In this document: piece by piece, positions 28,715 through 38,822 of the stretch
Layout of the letters: each line of letters begins with the position of its first letter
Numbering within the stretch: the stretch's first letter is position 1
Source of the DNA: an uncultured Clostridia bacterium
GTDB lineage: Bacteria; Bacillota; Clostridia; TANB77; CAG-508
DNA: 63,159 bases
Direction: 5' to 3'
NCBI GenBank assembly: GCA_934122125.1
Contig: CAKOVW010000001.1
Location: forward strand, 1 to 63,159
Made by a program: the position numbers and the translations under genes
The notes under the pieces: model-generated
Databases searched by the model: none
What the model saw: the letters and a program-made list of their open reading frames with translations, nothing else
What the model was told of the DNA's origin: nothing

Positions 28715-29719
28715 TTAATTCTCAATAGCAACGGCATGTGCAATACCAGGAATGCTTTCACCCTGCTGAGAAGTAGTGGCGTTAGTTAAAGCACCAGTTG
28801 CAATTAGTAAAATTCTATTTAATTTTCTATCTTTTAATTGTTTGAAGAAATATCCTGAGAATACAGTCCCTATACAAGCACAGCCACTGCCACCAGAATG
28901 GGTATCTTGATTATTTTTATCAAACATTAAAACACCGCAGTCATTATAAATATTTTTAATATTATAACCTTTGGTTTCAGCAAGTTCAGTTACAATATCT
29001 TTACCAATGTGTCCTAAATCACCTGTAATAATTGCGTCATAGTAACTAGGTTTTCTATCTGTATCTCTTAAATGAGTAATCAAAGTATCTAAAGCAGCAG
29101 GAGCCATAGCAGCACCCATATTATTTGCATCTTTTATTCCCATATCAACAATCTTTCCAGGTGTAATATGAGTAATAAATGGACCTGTTCCAGATTTTGA
29201 TAAAACAGCAGCACCAGAACCAGTTACTGTCCATTGAGAAGTAGGAGGTCTTTGATTTCCTAATTCTAGTGGAAAACGAAATTGTTTTTCTGCACTACAA
29301 AAATGGCTAGAGGTAGCACACAAAACATTGTTAGCAGCACCACCGTCTAAGAACACGCTACCTAAACATAAGCCTTCAACAAATGTAGAACAAGCACCAA
29401 ATATTCCAAAAAACGGAATATTTAACTCTCTAAGGCCAAAACTAGATGAAATACATTGATTTAATAAATCACCTGCAAAACAATAATCTATTTCACTTGC
29501 AGGAATACCAGATTTTGAAATAGCTAAATTTACAGTTTCTTTTATAATTTTACTTTCGGCTTTTTCCCAAGTTTTTTCTCCCCAGAATTCATCTTCTAAG
29601 CACTGGTCGAAATATTTGGCCAAAGGACCTTGCCTTTCTTTAGGACCAACAATACTAGCAACTTCAGTTATTGTTGGTGGGTTATCTAATTTTATTGTTT
29701 GTTCACCTAAACGAGTCAT
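28715..29719 (-). CDS. spoVAD: stage V sporulation protein AD (thiolase-like fold)
   Basis: 334 aa with thiolase/KAS-like Gly-rich motifs and the SpoVAD-typical N-terminus (..IVGPKE..GPL...FD). It is flanked by spoVAC and spoVAE. Confidence 0.9.
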   Translation of the reverse strand: MTRLGEQTIKLDNPPTITEVASIVGPKERQGPLAKYFDQCLEDEFWGEKTWEKAESKIIKETVNLAISKSGIPASEIDYCFAGDLLNQCISSSFGLRELNIPFFGIFGACSTFVEGLCLGSVFLDGGAANNVLCATSSHFCSAEKQFRFPLELGNQRPPTSQWTVTGSGAAVLSKSGTGPFITHITPGKIVDMGIKDANNMGAAMAPAALDTLITHLRDTDRKPSYYDAIITGDLGHIGKDIVTELAETKGYNIKNIYNDCGVLMFDKNNQDTHSGGSGCACIGTVFSGYFFKQLKDRKLNRILLIATGALTNATTSQQGESIPGIAHAVAIEN

Positions 29720-29734
29720 AAACTTCTTCCTTTC

Positions 29735-30181
29735 TTACTTAATAAATAGAGCAGCAATTATACCAATAATTACAGATGATGAGATACCAAAAACTAATAC
29801 TGGACCTGCAACTGTAAACATTTTGCCACCAACACCCATTACATATCCTTCAGATTTATATTCAATAGCAGGGGAAACAATAGAGTTTGCAAAACCTGTA
29901 ATAGGCACCAAAGAACCTGCACCTGCAAATTTACCTATTTTATTAAATATATTTAAACCTGTTAATATTGCAGCAATGGCAATTAAGGTGATTGACACGA
30001 CAGTTGAAGAAGCAACCTCGTCCATACCTTTGTACTTACAAAAATCCATAATAATTTGTCCAATACTACAAATTAATCCACCTACCCAAAAGGCGTTAAA
30101 GCAATTTTTTAGAATAGGAGAATTAGGTGATTTTTTATCAACATAATCGCTATATTCTTGCTTTGTTTCAATTGGTTTCAT
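29735..30181 (-). CDS. spoVAC: stage V sporulation protein AC
   Basis: 148-aa 4-TM protein with NAFWVGGLICSIGQ and PITGFANS motifs characteristic of SpoVAC. Confidence 0.9.
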   Translation of the reverse strand: MKPIETKQEYSDYVDKKSPNSPILKNCFNAFWVGGLICSIGQIIMDFCKYKGMDEVASSTVVSITLIAIAAILTGLNIFNKIGKFAGAGSLVPITGFANSIVSPAIEYKSEGYVMGVGGKMFTVAGPVLVFGISSSVIIGIIAALFIK

Positions 30182-30193
30182 TGTGTATCCTCC

Positions 30194-30406
30194 TTAATCT
30201 CTATCTCTATCAATAACAAAAGATAAATCTAAATCAACAAAATATTCTACTAATTTTTTACCGTCAATTTTTGCACGTTGATCAATAATTTTTACATTTG
30301 ATAAATAGTCAATAGTTTTTGAAGCCTCTGCAACTGCTTGTACAATTGCATCTTTCCAAGATACTGTAGATGTACCTGTAATTCTTAAATGTTTTTCAAT
30401 TCCCAT
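30194..30406 (-). CDS. dodecin-family protein
   Basis: 70 aa. The pattern I.GTS..SWKDA...AV.EASKT...L....I......I..GK...Y.V.L..SF is dodecin-like. It ends 12 nt before the spoVAC start. Confidence 0.65.
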   Translation of the reverse strand: MGIEKHLRITGTSTVSWKDAIVQAVAEASKTIDYLSNVKIIDQRAKIDGKKLVEYFVDLDLSFVIDRDRD

Positions 30407-30556
30407 TTTAAAACCTCCAAATATATATTTTTGCTATTTCTATCTTTTCCCAAAAAATAAAAAATATACAAAATTTATTAAAATTTCAAAATACTTCTTC
30501 ACTTAAATTCAAAAATATGATATAGTGTGAACAAGAATAAATACTAGGAGAAAAAT

Positions 30557-32254
30557 ATGGGTGAAATTGAAAAAAAGAAATCAAAAATAGGAATTATAAT
30601 AGCAATAATCGTAATTTTATTAGTTTTGATTGCAGGAGCAATTGGATTACATTATGTAATAAAACATAATTACACAGTAAAGTATTTAAATCAAACTAAT
30701 TTAATTATAAATAATTCAAATGTAACTGAAAGTCTAAAAAAACATATATACTATGATAATGAAAATGGAGTAATATATATTTCAAAACCAGACATATATA
30801 ATTTCTTTGATAACACAATTATATATGACGAAAAAAATAACCAAGTGGTTACAAGCTCTAGCACAAAGATAGCAAGTTTACCAATAGACAGCACTCAAAT
30901 TCAAGTAAATAGCCAAAACAAAACAATCAAGGCAGGAGCCATAATACAAGACGAAGTTGCCTATGTTCCAATTTCTGAACTAGAAGAAGTATATAACATA
31001 AAAGTAACAAATGTTGCTAATCAGGCAAGAGTATACATTGATTCATTAGATAGAGAACAGAAAACAGCAACATTAAAAGAAGATTCAAGTATAAAATATA
31101 AACCAACAATAATTTCAGCAACTTTAACAAAAGCAAAAAAAAGTGAAACATTAACTATTGCAAATCGTAGTGATTATCCTGTACCTAATGGTTGGACAAG
31201 AGTTAGAACAGATGATGGAACTCTAGGATATATACAAACAAACAAATTAAATGAATTTAAAACTATAAGAGAAGCAACACAAGAAAAAGCTAAAGTAGAA
31301 GGCACAATAAATTTAGTATGGGATTACTATTCAGAATATGTTTCAGCTCCAGATAGAACAGGAAAAATAAATGGCACAAATGTTGTATCTCCAAGTTTCT
31401 TTTATATGAGTAAATACAGTACAACAAATGTATATGAAAATGTAGGAGAAAAGGGAAAAACATATGTAAACTGGGCTCATCAAAATGGATACAAAATTTG
31501 GCCAATGTTTACAAATTCAAATATGACTGAAACATCTAAAATGTTAAGTGATTATAAATCAAGAGAAACAGTAATAAATCAACTTGTAAATTACATTACA
31601 CAATATAACTTAGATGGAATAAACATAGATTTTGAAGGAATGTATGAAACAGATAAGGACAATTTTTCTAGATTTTTAATTGAATTAAGACCTAGGTTAA
31701 ATGTATTAGGAGCAGTGCTATCAGTAGATGTTACAGCACCAGATGGAGCACCAGAGTGGTCTTTATGTTATGATAGATATACAATAGGCAAAACAGTAGA
31801 CTATGTAATGTTTATGGCATATGACCAATATGGAGTATCATCAACAAAAGCGGGAACAACAGCAGGATATAATTGGATAGAAGCAAATGTTAAAAAATTC
31901 TTAGGACAAGAAGAAGTAAAAGCAGAAAAGATAGTATTAGGAATTCCATTCTATACAAGAGTTTGGAAAGAAAGTAATGGAAAATTAACATCTGATGTTG
32001 TTAACATAGGAAACGTAGATAAAATAATACCAAGCGATGCAACAAAAACGTGGAATGAAGATTTGCAACAATATTATGTAGAATATACAAAAAATGGAGC
32101 AACATATAAAATATGGGTTGAAGACGAAAAATCAATTGAATCCAAACTAAATTTAATATCTAAATATAATTTAGCAGGAGCAGCTTTTTGGGAATATGAT
32201 AGAGCAACAAGCTCAATTTGGAATTTAATATCAAGTAAGTTGCAAACTAAGTAA
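30557..32254 (+). CDS. membrane-anchored glycoside hydrolase family 18 protein (YaaH/YdhD-like spore peptidoglycan hydrolase)
   Basis: GH18 catalytic motif LDGINIDFEG, an N-terminal TM helix, and a middle region with an SH3-like segment (GWTRVRTDDGTLGYIQ). Confidence 0.8.
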   Translation: MGEIEKKKSKIGIIIAIIVILLVLIAGAIGLHYVIKHNYTVKYLNQTNLIINNSNVTESLKKHIYYDNENGVIYISKPDIYNFFDNTIIYDEKNNQVVTSSSTKIASLPIDSTQIQVNSQNKTIKAGAIIQDEVAYVPISELEEVYNIKVTNVANQARVYIDSLDREQKTATLKEDSSIKYKPTIISATLTKAKKSETLTIANRSDYPVPNGWTRVRTDDGTLGYIQTNKLNEFKTIREATQEKAKVEGTINLVWDYYSEYVSAPDRTGKINGTNVVSPSFFYMSKYSTTNVYENVGEKGKTYVNWAHQNGYKIWPMFTNSNMTETSKMLSDYKSRETVINQLVNYITQYNLDGINIDFEGMYETDKDNFSRFLIELRPRLNVLGAVLSVDVTAPDGAPEWSLCYDRYTIGKTVDYVMFMAYDQYGVSSTKAGTTAGYNWIEANVKKFLGQEEVKAEKIVLGIPFYTRVWKESNGKLTSDVVNIGNVDKIIPSDATKTWNEDLQQYYVEYTKNGATYKIWVEDEKSIESKLNLISKYNLAGAAFWEYDRATSSIWNLISSKLQTK

Positions 32255-32261
32255 TAATAGA

Positions 32262-32290
32262 AATACCACAAGTTATTCTTGTGGTATTTT
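32262..32290. terminator. intrinsic terminator between convergent genes
   Basis: AATACCACAAG, loop TTATT, CTTGTGGTATT, then TT. Confidence 0.65.
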
Positions 32291-32295
32291 GCTAT

Positions 32296-33180
32296 TTAAA
32301 TTAATTTAAATGTTTGTAGTTCCTTTTCCAAAACTTTTTGCTTTTCTAATGACATTGTAATCAAAGGTAGGCGAAGCCTCATGCCACTATATCCCATCAT
32401 AGACAATGCACATTTTACGGGAATAGGATTTGTTTCACTAAATAAACTATCTATTAAAGAAATTGATTTTACTTGTGAATCTTTTGCTAAAGTATAATTT
32501 CCACTTAAATAATCAAAAACCATATTATGAACAAACTTAGGTGCAATATTAGAAAGCACAGATATAACACCAATTCCACCTAAAGATAAAATAGGAAGAG
32601 TTTGGTCATCATTGCCAGAATAGATATGTAAATTATCTCCACATAAGCTAGCAATTTTAGCTATTTGTGATATATTACCACTGGCTTCCTTTATTGCCAC
32701 AATGTTAGAAATTTTAGAAAGTTCTAAACAAGTCTTTGGTTCTATATTTAATCCTGTTCTACTAGGAACATTGTATAGAATTATTGGCAAAGAAGTATTT
32801 TTGGCAATTTCGGTGTAATGCATAATTAATCCATTTTGAGTGGTCTTATTATAATATGGCGTAACAAGAAGTAAACCGTCTGCACCAGTATTTTCAACAT
32901 ATTTGCTAAACTCAATTACATCTTTTGTGTTATTACCACCAGCACCAATAATAACAGGAATTTGCTTATGTACATTGTCAACTGCAAATTTAACAACAGC
33001 TTTTTTCTCATCCAAAGTCATTGTAGAAGACTCACCAGTTGTACCAAGAATAATAAGAGCATCAGTACCTTGATTAATTTGAAAATCAATAAGGTTTTTT
33101 AAAGTATCAAAATCAACACCATCTTCAGTAAAGGGAGTAACTAGAGCTGTACCACAACCAATAAATAGACTTTTTTTCAA
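32296..33180 (-). CDS. dapA: 4-hydroxy-tetrahydrodipicolinate synthase
   Basis: GTALVTPF, GTTGES and active-site IVAIKEASGN motifs. I chose the TTG start at 33180 (MKKSLFIG), 6 nt after GGAGGT; the track's upstream extension has no RBS. Confidence 0.9.
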   Translation of the reverse strand: MKKSLFIGCGTALVTPFTEDGVDFDTLKNLIDFQINQGTDALIILGTTGESSTMTLDEKKAVVKFAVDNVHKQIPVIIGAGGNNTKDVIEFSKYVENTGADGLLLVTPYYNKTTQNGLIMHYTEIAKNTSLPIILYNVPSRTGLNIEPKTCLELSKISNIVAIKEASGNISQIAKIASLCGDNLHIYSGNDDQTLPILSLGGIGVISVLSNIAPKFVHNMVFDYLSGNYTLAKDSQVKSISLIDSLFSETNPIPVKCALSMMGYSGMRLRLPLITMSLEKQKVLEKELQTFKLI

Positions 33181-33262
33181 AATAATACCTCCATAATTTT
33201 TTGTATATAATATGAAGGCACAATAAAAAATGCCAACTAAAATTTTAGCTGACATCTATAAT

Positions 33263-34204
33263 TTATTTTAAAAATCCGCTTATAATTTGTTCCTCTGCTT
33301 CTTTTTCTGTAAGCCCAAGAGTCATAAGTTTAATAAGTTGTTCTCCTGCAATTTTTCCAATAGCAGCTTCATGAAGTAAACTTGCATCAACATCATTTGC
33401 TACTATCTTAGGAGTAGAAGTAACTTTGGCTTTACCCATAATAATTGCATCACATTCAACATGTCCAAAGCACTTATTATTGCCATTAACATTTGAGCTA
33501 AATTCTTGAACAGAATTATCTTTGGCAATAGCACGAGAAGCAACATGAACACTAGAATTTTCACCATTTAAGTCAATATCAAAAATGCTCTTAGCTGTTT
33601 GATTTCCAGATGTCATAACTCTTTCTGTAATAACCAAACTTGTATTATTGCCAAGTTCACCTTTAGTTTCACGAATTGTAGATGAAACACCCTCAATTTG
33701 AATAGTTTCCATTTCTAATGTAGAACCTTCTTCAAGATTTACAATTGTTTGTGGGTTTAAAATTCTATCTCCAGTTCCATTGCCTTCACCATAATGCTTT
33801 TCAATATATTTTACTTTAGCTCCTTTGGATAAGTGAAATGTATGAATACCATCATGTTCTGAAGTTTCACAAGAGCTATTATGAATACCACAACCTGCAA
33901 CAATTACTACATCAGCATTTTCACCAACATAAAAATCGTTATATACAACATCATTAAAACCTGCTTCAGTTAATATAACTGGAATGTGTACACTCTCATT
34001 TTTAGTATTTGGCTTTATAATAATATCAATACCAGGCTTGTCCTGTTTTGTAACAATATCAATATTTGCAGTAGTATTTCTTGCAACACCTTTACCATTT
34101 TCACGAATATTGTATGCACCAATTGGAGTTTTTTCAATATCAGCAATGGTTTTTAGTAGATTTTTTTCAATAGTATCTAATTTAGTTTCAATTTCATTAC
34201 TCAT
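33263..34204 (-). CDS. SufB/SufD-family Fe-S cluster assembly protein (short clostridial type)
   Basis: Beta-helix-like SufBD pattern with C-terminal EAAIGKI..EQL.YL...G....EA...I..GF. The start is the ATG at 34204, 7 nt after GGAGGT and 1 nt past the sufC stop. Confidence 0.8.
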   Translation of the reverse strand: MSNEIETKLDTIEKNLLKTIADIEKTPIGAYNIRENGKGVARNTTANIDIVTKQDKPGIDIIIKPNTKNESVHIPVILTEAGFNDVVYNDFYVGENADVVIVAGCGIHNSSCETSEHDGIHTFHLSKGAKVKYIEKHYGEGNGTGDRILNPQTIVNLEEGSTLEMETIQIEGVSSTIRETKGELGNNTSLVITERVMTSGNQTAKSIFDIDLNGENSSVHVASRAIAKDNSVQEFSSNVNGNNKCFGHVECDAIIMGKAKVTSTPKIVANDVDASLLHEAAIGKIAGEQLIKLMTLGLTEKEAEEQIISGFLK

Positions 34205-34205
34205 A

Positions 34206-34931
34206 TTAGTTACCTCCTTTTTCAAGCATTACTTTACATGGCTTTTGAGTGTTATTTAAAAGTAGGGGAAGAACCTCTTCTTTTTGACCAACAGCTTGTA
34301 CTTTTCCATCAACAAGTAAAATAATCTCATCTGCAATATTCAAAATTTTTTCTTGATGAGAAATAATAACAATTGAGGAATCACTAATTTCAGAATGCAT
34401 TTTTTCAAATACGGAAATTAAGCTATTAAAACTCCATAAATCAATACCAGCCTCAGGCTCGTCAAATACAGTAAGTTTAGACTTTTTAGCTGCAAGCATA
34501 GCAATCTCAATACGCTTTAATTCTCCACCAGAAAGTGAATTACTAACTTCTCTGTTTAAATAGTCTTTTGCACATAAACCTACATCAGATAAATAATTAC
34601 ATGCTTCTGAAACATTTATAGTGTTACCAGAGCTTAGTTCTATTAAATCTCTAACAGTTAACCCCTTGAATTTTACTGGTTGTTGAAAAGCAAAACCAAT
34701 TCCAAGTTTGGCCCTATCAGTTATTCCCATAGCAGTAATGTCTGTTCCATCAAAGAAAATACTACCAGAATCAGGCTTTAAAATGCCCATAATAATTTTA
34801 GCAAGAGTAGACTTCCCAGAACCATTAGGACCAGTTATTGCAACTAACTTGCTATTATCTATTTTTAAACTTATGTTATCTAAAATTTGTTTGTTATCTC
34901 TAAAATAGGAAATATTTTTAAGCTCTAACAT
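34206..34931 (-). CDS. sufC: Fe-S cluster assembly ATPase SufC
   Basis: GPNGSGKST, LSGGELKR and FDEPEAGID motifs, paired with a SufBD gene. Confidence 0.88.
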   Translation of the reverse strand: MLELKNISYFRDNKQILDNISLKIDNSKLVAITGPNGSGKSTLAKIIMGILKPDSGSIFFDGTDITAMGITDRAKLGIGFAFQQPVKFKGLTVRDLIELSSGNTINVSEACNYLSDVGLCAKDYLNREVSNSLSGGELKRIEIAMLAAKKSKLTVFDEPEAGIDLWSFNSLISVFEKMHSEISDSSIVIISHQEKILNIADEIILLVDGKVQAVGQKEEVLPLLLNNTQKPCKVMLEKGGN

Positions 34932-35019
34932 AATTTTACCTCCTTAAAATTTAGCACATATATTGTACCACAAAATGAGCAAAAATACTATATTTGGAAT
35001 AATATTTAGTAAAAAATAC

Positions 35020-35048
35020 TTGCTTTTACAAAAGAATGGTGTTAAAAT
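35020..35048 (+). promoter_or_regulatory. sigma-A promoter for the pheST leader
   Basis: TTGCTT (35020-35025), 17-nt spacer, TGtTAAAAT extended -10 (35040-35048). Confidence 0.5.
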
Positions 35049-35054
35049 ATAAAA

Positions 35055-35298
35055 CATGAAAAACAAAGCCAATAAAAAAGCAAAGTAAGTAAAAGACAAG
35101 ATAGTCTTAGAGAGTAGGAATGGTGGAAACCTACACTATCCTTTTACAGAAATTTCACTTTTTTGGGTCTTTTTTTGAAAAAAGTAGGAAAAAGCGGTTG
35201 CACCGTTATAGCTATAACAAGGTTAATTATAAATAATTAATAAATTTAGGTGGTACCACGAATCCGTTTCGTCCTATGCAGGGCAAAACGGATTTTTT
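35055..35298 (+). promoter_or_regulatory. T-box riboswitch (Phe specifier) controlling pheST
   Basis: Stem I elements AGAGAG and TGGTGGAAA. Candidate specifier TTC followed by A (35154-35157). T-box sequence AATTTAGGTGGTACCACG (35243-35260). Terminator AATCCGTTT/AAACGGATT plus T6 (35261-35299). Confidence 0.85.
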
Positions 35299-35321
35299 GT
35301 ATTAACCGGAAAGGAATACAT

Positions 35322-36341
35322 ATGCAAGAACAAATTGCTAAAATTAAAGAAAATGCACTAAATGAAATAAATAGTGCAAAAAATGCAAAAGAATTAGATG
35401 AAGTAAGAGTTAAATACTTAGGAAAAAAAGGTGAGCTTACTTTAATATTAAGAGGAATGGGAGGACTTTCTGCAGAAGAAAGACCTATTATTGGTAGCCT
35501 AGTTAACCAAGTAAGAGATGAGCTAGAAGCTAAAATTGAAGATGGAGAAAAACATTTTGCTGACTTAGAAATACAAAATAGGCTAGCAAGTGAAAATATA
35601 GATGTTACAATGCCAAGTAAAAAGGTAAACTTAGGAAGTGTACATCCAATAACACAAATCATTAAGGACGTAGAAGAAATTTTTATTGGTATGGGATATG
35701 AAATTGCAGATGGACCAGAAGTAGAGCTTGCTACATATAATTTTGATAAATTGAATACTCCACCAGATCATCCAGCAAGAGATATACAAGACACATTTTA
35801 TATTACAGACGATATAGTGCTTCGTTCACAAACATCACCAGTGCAAGCAAGAGTAATGGAAAGCCAAAAACCGCCAATTAAAATAATTTGCCCAGGTGCA
35901 GTGTATCGTTCAGACAGTGTAGATGCAACACACTCACCAGTGTTCCACCAAATAGAAGGTCTAGTAATTGATAAAAACATATCAATGGCAGATTTAAAGG
36001 GAACATTGGCAATGTTTACTAAAAAATGTTTAGGAGAAAAAACAGAAATTAGATTTAGACCACATCATTTTCCATTTACAGAGCCAAGTGCAGAAGCTGA
36101 TGTATCATGCTTTGTATGTGGAGGAAAAGGCTGTAGAGTATGTAAGGGAGAAGGATGGATAGAGCTTTTAGGCTGTGGAATGGTACATCCAAATGTACTT
36201 AGAAATTGTGGAATTGACCCAGAAGAGTATTCAGGTTTTGCTTTTGGATTTGGCGTAGAAAGAATTGCTATGGCTAAATTTGGAATTGATGATATGCGTT
36301 TATTATATGAAAATGATGTTAGATTTTTAAAGCAATTTTAA
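35322..36341 (+). CDS. pheS: phenylalanine--tRNA ligase alpha subunit
   Basis: Class II motifs ([30 protein letters not shown]). The start is the ATG at 35322, downstream of the T-box terminator; the track's start lies inside the leader. Confidence 0.95.
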   Translation: MQEQIAKIKENALNEINSAKNAKELDEVRVKYLGKKGELTLILRGMGGLSAEERPIIGSLVNQVRDELEAKIEDGEKHFADLEIQNRLASENIDVTMPSKKVNLGSVHPITQIIKDVEEIFIGMGYEIADGPEVELATYNFDKLNTPPDHPARDIQDTFYITDDIVLRSQTSPVQARVMESQKPPIKIICPGAVYRSDSVDATHSPVFHQIEGLVIDKNISMADLKGTLAMFTKKCLGEKTEIRFRPHHFPFTEPSAEADVSCFVCGGKGCRVCKGEGWIELLGCGMVHPNVLRNCGIDPEEYSGFAFGFGVERIAMAKFGIDDMRLLYENDVRFLKQF

Positions 36342-36377
36342 GTTTGATTGAAAAAGAAAAAAGAAAGGATGATAGAG

Positions 36378-38786
36378 ATGAAAGCAAGCATAGAGTGGTT
36401 AAAAGAATATGCAGATATAAATGTAACTGCTAAGGAACTAGCAGATACACTAACAATGACAGGTTCTAAAGTAGAAACAATAGAAGAACAAGGAGCAGAT
36501 ATTCAGAATGTTGTTGTAGGAAAAATATTAGAGATTAAGCCACATGAAGACTCTGATCACTTAGTAGTAACAAAAGTAAATATAGGAACTGAAATTTTAC
36601 AAATAGTAACAGGGGCAAAAAATATTAATGTAGGAGATATAGTTCCAATAGCAAAAGATGGAGCAAAACTTCCAGGTGGAGTAGAAATTAAAACAGGAAA
36701 ACTAAGAGGAGTAGATTCTTGCGGAATGATGTGTTCCGTAGGAGAATTAGGACTAGATATTAATAACTATCCAAACCAAATTGCAGAGGGAATAATGATA
36801 TTAGATCCTAAAATGGAAGAGAAAATAGGGGAAGATATAAAAGAAGTATTAGGAATAAACCAAACTGTAATTGATTTTGAAATTACTCCAAATAGACCAG
36901 ATTGTCTATCAATAGAAGGGTTAGGCAGAGAAGTAGCAGTTTCTTTAAATGAACTTTTTAAAGCACCACGAAAAAATATAGATGAAATGCAAGTTGAAGA
37001 TAAAGATAATGTAGACGGAATAACTGTTGAAATTACAGCACCAGATTTATGTTATAGATATATTGCTAGAGTTGTAAAAAATGTAAAAATTGCACCATCT
37101 CCTGATTGGATGGTAAAAAGATTAAATAGTTGTGGAATAAGAGCAATAAATAACATTGTAGATATTACAAATTATGTTATGCTAGAAATGGGTCAGCCAA
37201 TGCATGCTTTTGATATAAATTCAATTGATGGAAAGCATATTACTGTTAGAAGAGCTAAAAATGGAGAAAAAATAATTACTTTAGATGACCAAGAAAGAGA
37301 ACTAAATGAAAATATGTTAGTTATAGCAGATTCTAAAAAACCAGTAGCTATTGCAGGAGTTATGGGTGGCCAAAATTCAGAAATAGAGGAAAGTACTCAA
37401 ACAGTAGTATTTGAATCAGCAGTGTTTAATGGAGGAAGTGTAAGAAAAACAGCAAAGGCGGTAGGATTAAGAACAGAGGCTTCTAGCCGTTACGAAAAAG
37501 GTTTATCACCAGAAAATGCTATAAGAGCAGTTAATAGGGCAGTAGAATTAGTAGAATTATTAGGAGCAGGAGAAGCAGTAGATGGAAAAGTTGATGTTTA
37601 TCCAACTAAACAAAAGGTAAATAGTATTCCACTAAATGTAGAGAGAATAAATGCCTTAATAGGAACAAACTTATCAAAGCAAGAAATGATACAAATTTTA
37701 GAAAAGCTAGATATGAAAATTGAAAATGATATGGTAATTCCACCATATTTTAGACAAGATGTTGAGCAATTAGCAGATGTAGCAGAAGAAGTTTTAAGAT
37801 TTTACGGATATGATAAACTAGGTACTACACTAATAAATGCAGAAACTACTTTAGGAGGAAGAAATAAAGAACAAAAAATATCTGATGAAGTTTCAAAATT
37901 CTTAGTAAATATAGGACTATCAGAAATATGTACATTTGGATTTTTGAGTGAAAAAGACTTAGCAAAATGCAATATCACAGGGGATAATGTATTTTTGAAA
38001 GAAGCGGTGAGAATACAAAATCCACTTAGTGAAGATTACAACTTGATGAAAACTACATCTATACCAACAATGATGCAAATGCTTGCTAATAATAATAATT
38101 ACAAAAATAAAGATGTAAAATTATTTGATTTGTCTAGAATATATCAAAATAAAAATGAAGCAATAGAAAAAGGAGAATTACCTCTAGAAAGTAACATTTT
38201 AACAATTGGTATGTATAGCGATTTAGAGGATTTTTATACACTAAAAGGAATTGTTGAAAATGTAATAGAATTGGCAGGAGTTGCTAGATTTGACATCAAA
38301 AAAGAAAGTGAAAATGCAATGTATCATCCAGGTAGATGTGCAATCTTTAAAGTTGGAAATGATGTAATTGCAACATTTGGAGAAGCTAACCCATTACTTA
38401 CAAAAAATTATGATATAACTCAAAGAGTACTATTAGCAGAAATTAACTTGGATAAAATTGCAAAATATGCAAGAAAGAATAAAAAATATGCTCCAATTAT
38501 AAAATTCCCAGCAATTGAAAGAGATATTGCAATGGTAGTAAATGAGGAAGTAGAAGTTGGAGAAATTGAAAAAATTATTCAAAAGAAGGCTAAGAAAAAT
38601 TTAGAAGAAGCTAAGTTATTTGATGTTTATAGAAGTGAAAAACTTGGAGAAAACAAAAAGAGTGTTGCATATAGCTTGAAATTTAGAGTTCCAGATAGAA
38701 CACTAAAAGATGAAGAAATAAATGGAATTATGAAAGAAATAATTGCAGAGCTTGAAAAAACTATAGGTGCAGAATTAAGAAAATAA
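36378..38786 (+). CDS. pheT: phenylalanine--tRNA ligase beta subunit
   Basis: N-terminal tRNA-binding OB domain, B3/4, B5 and FDX-ACB domains in order. The start is the ATG at 36378 (MKASIEWLKEY). Confidence 0.95.
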   Translation: MKASIEWLKEYADINVTAKELADTLTMTGSKVETIEEQGADIQNVVVGKILEIKPHEDSDHLVVTKVNIGTEILQIVTGAKNINVGDIVPIAKDGAKLPGGVEIKTGKLRGVDSCGMMCSVGELGLDINNYPNQIAEGIMILDPKMEEKIGEDIKEVLGINQTVIDFEITPNRPDCLSIEGLGREVAVSLNELFKAPRKNIDEMQVEDKDNVDGITVEITAPDLCYRYIARVVKNVKIAPSPDWMVKRLNSCGIRAINNIVDITNYVMLEMGQPMHAFDINSIDGKHITVRRAKNGEKIITLDDQERELNENMLVIADSKKPVAIAGVMGGQNSEIEESTQTVVFESAVFNGGSVRKTAKAVGLRTEASSRYEKGLSPENAIRAVNRAVELVELLGAGEAVDGKVDVYPTKQKVNSIPLNVERINALIGTNLSKQEMIQILEKLDMKIENDMVIPPYFRQDVEQLADVAEEVLRFYGYDKLGTTLINAETTLGGRNKEQKISDEVSKFLVNIGLSEICTFGFLSEKDLAKCNITGDNVFLKEAVRIQNPLSEDYNLMKTTSIPTMMQMLANNNNYKNKDVKLFDLSRIYQNKNEAIEKGELPLESNILTIGMYSDLEDFYTLKGIVENVIELAGVARFDIKKESENAMYHPGRCAIFKVGNDVIATFGEANPLLTKNYDITQRVLLAEINLDKIAKYARKNKKYAPIIKFPAIERDIAMVVNEEVEVGEIEKIIQKKAKKNLEEAKLFDVYRSEKLGENKKSVAYSLKFRVPDRTLKDEEINGIMKEIIAELEKTIGAELRK

Positions 38787-38792
38787 TAAAAT

Positions 38793-38822
38793 AAAAAGTG
38801 GCTTATATAAGCCACTTTTTTA
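38793..38822. terminator. bidirectional intrinsic terminator
   Basis: AAGTGGCTT, loop ATAT, AAGCCACTT, flanked by A- and T-runs. It overlaps the arginase-like stop codon. Confidence 0.7.
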
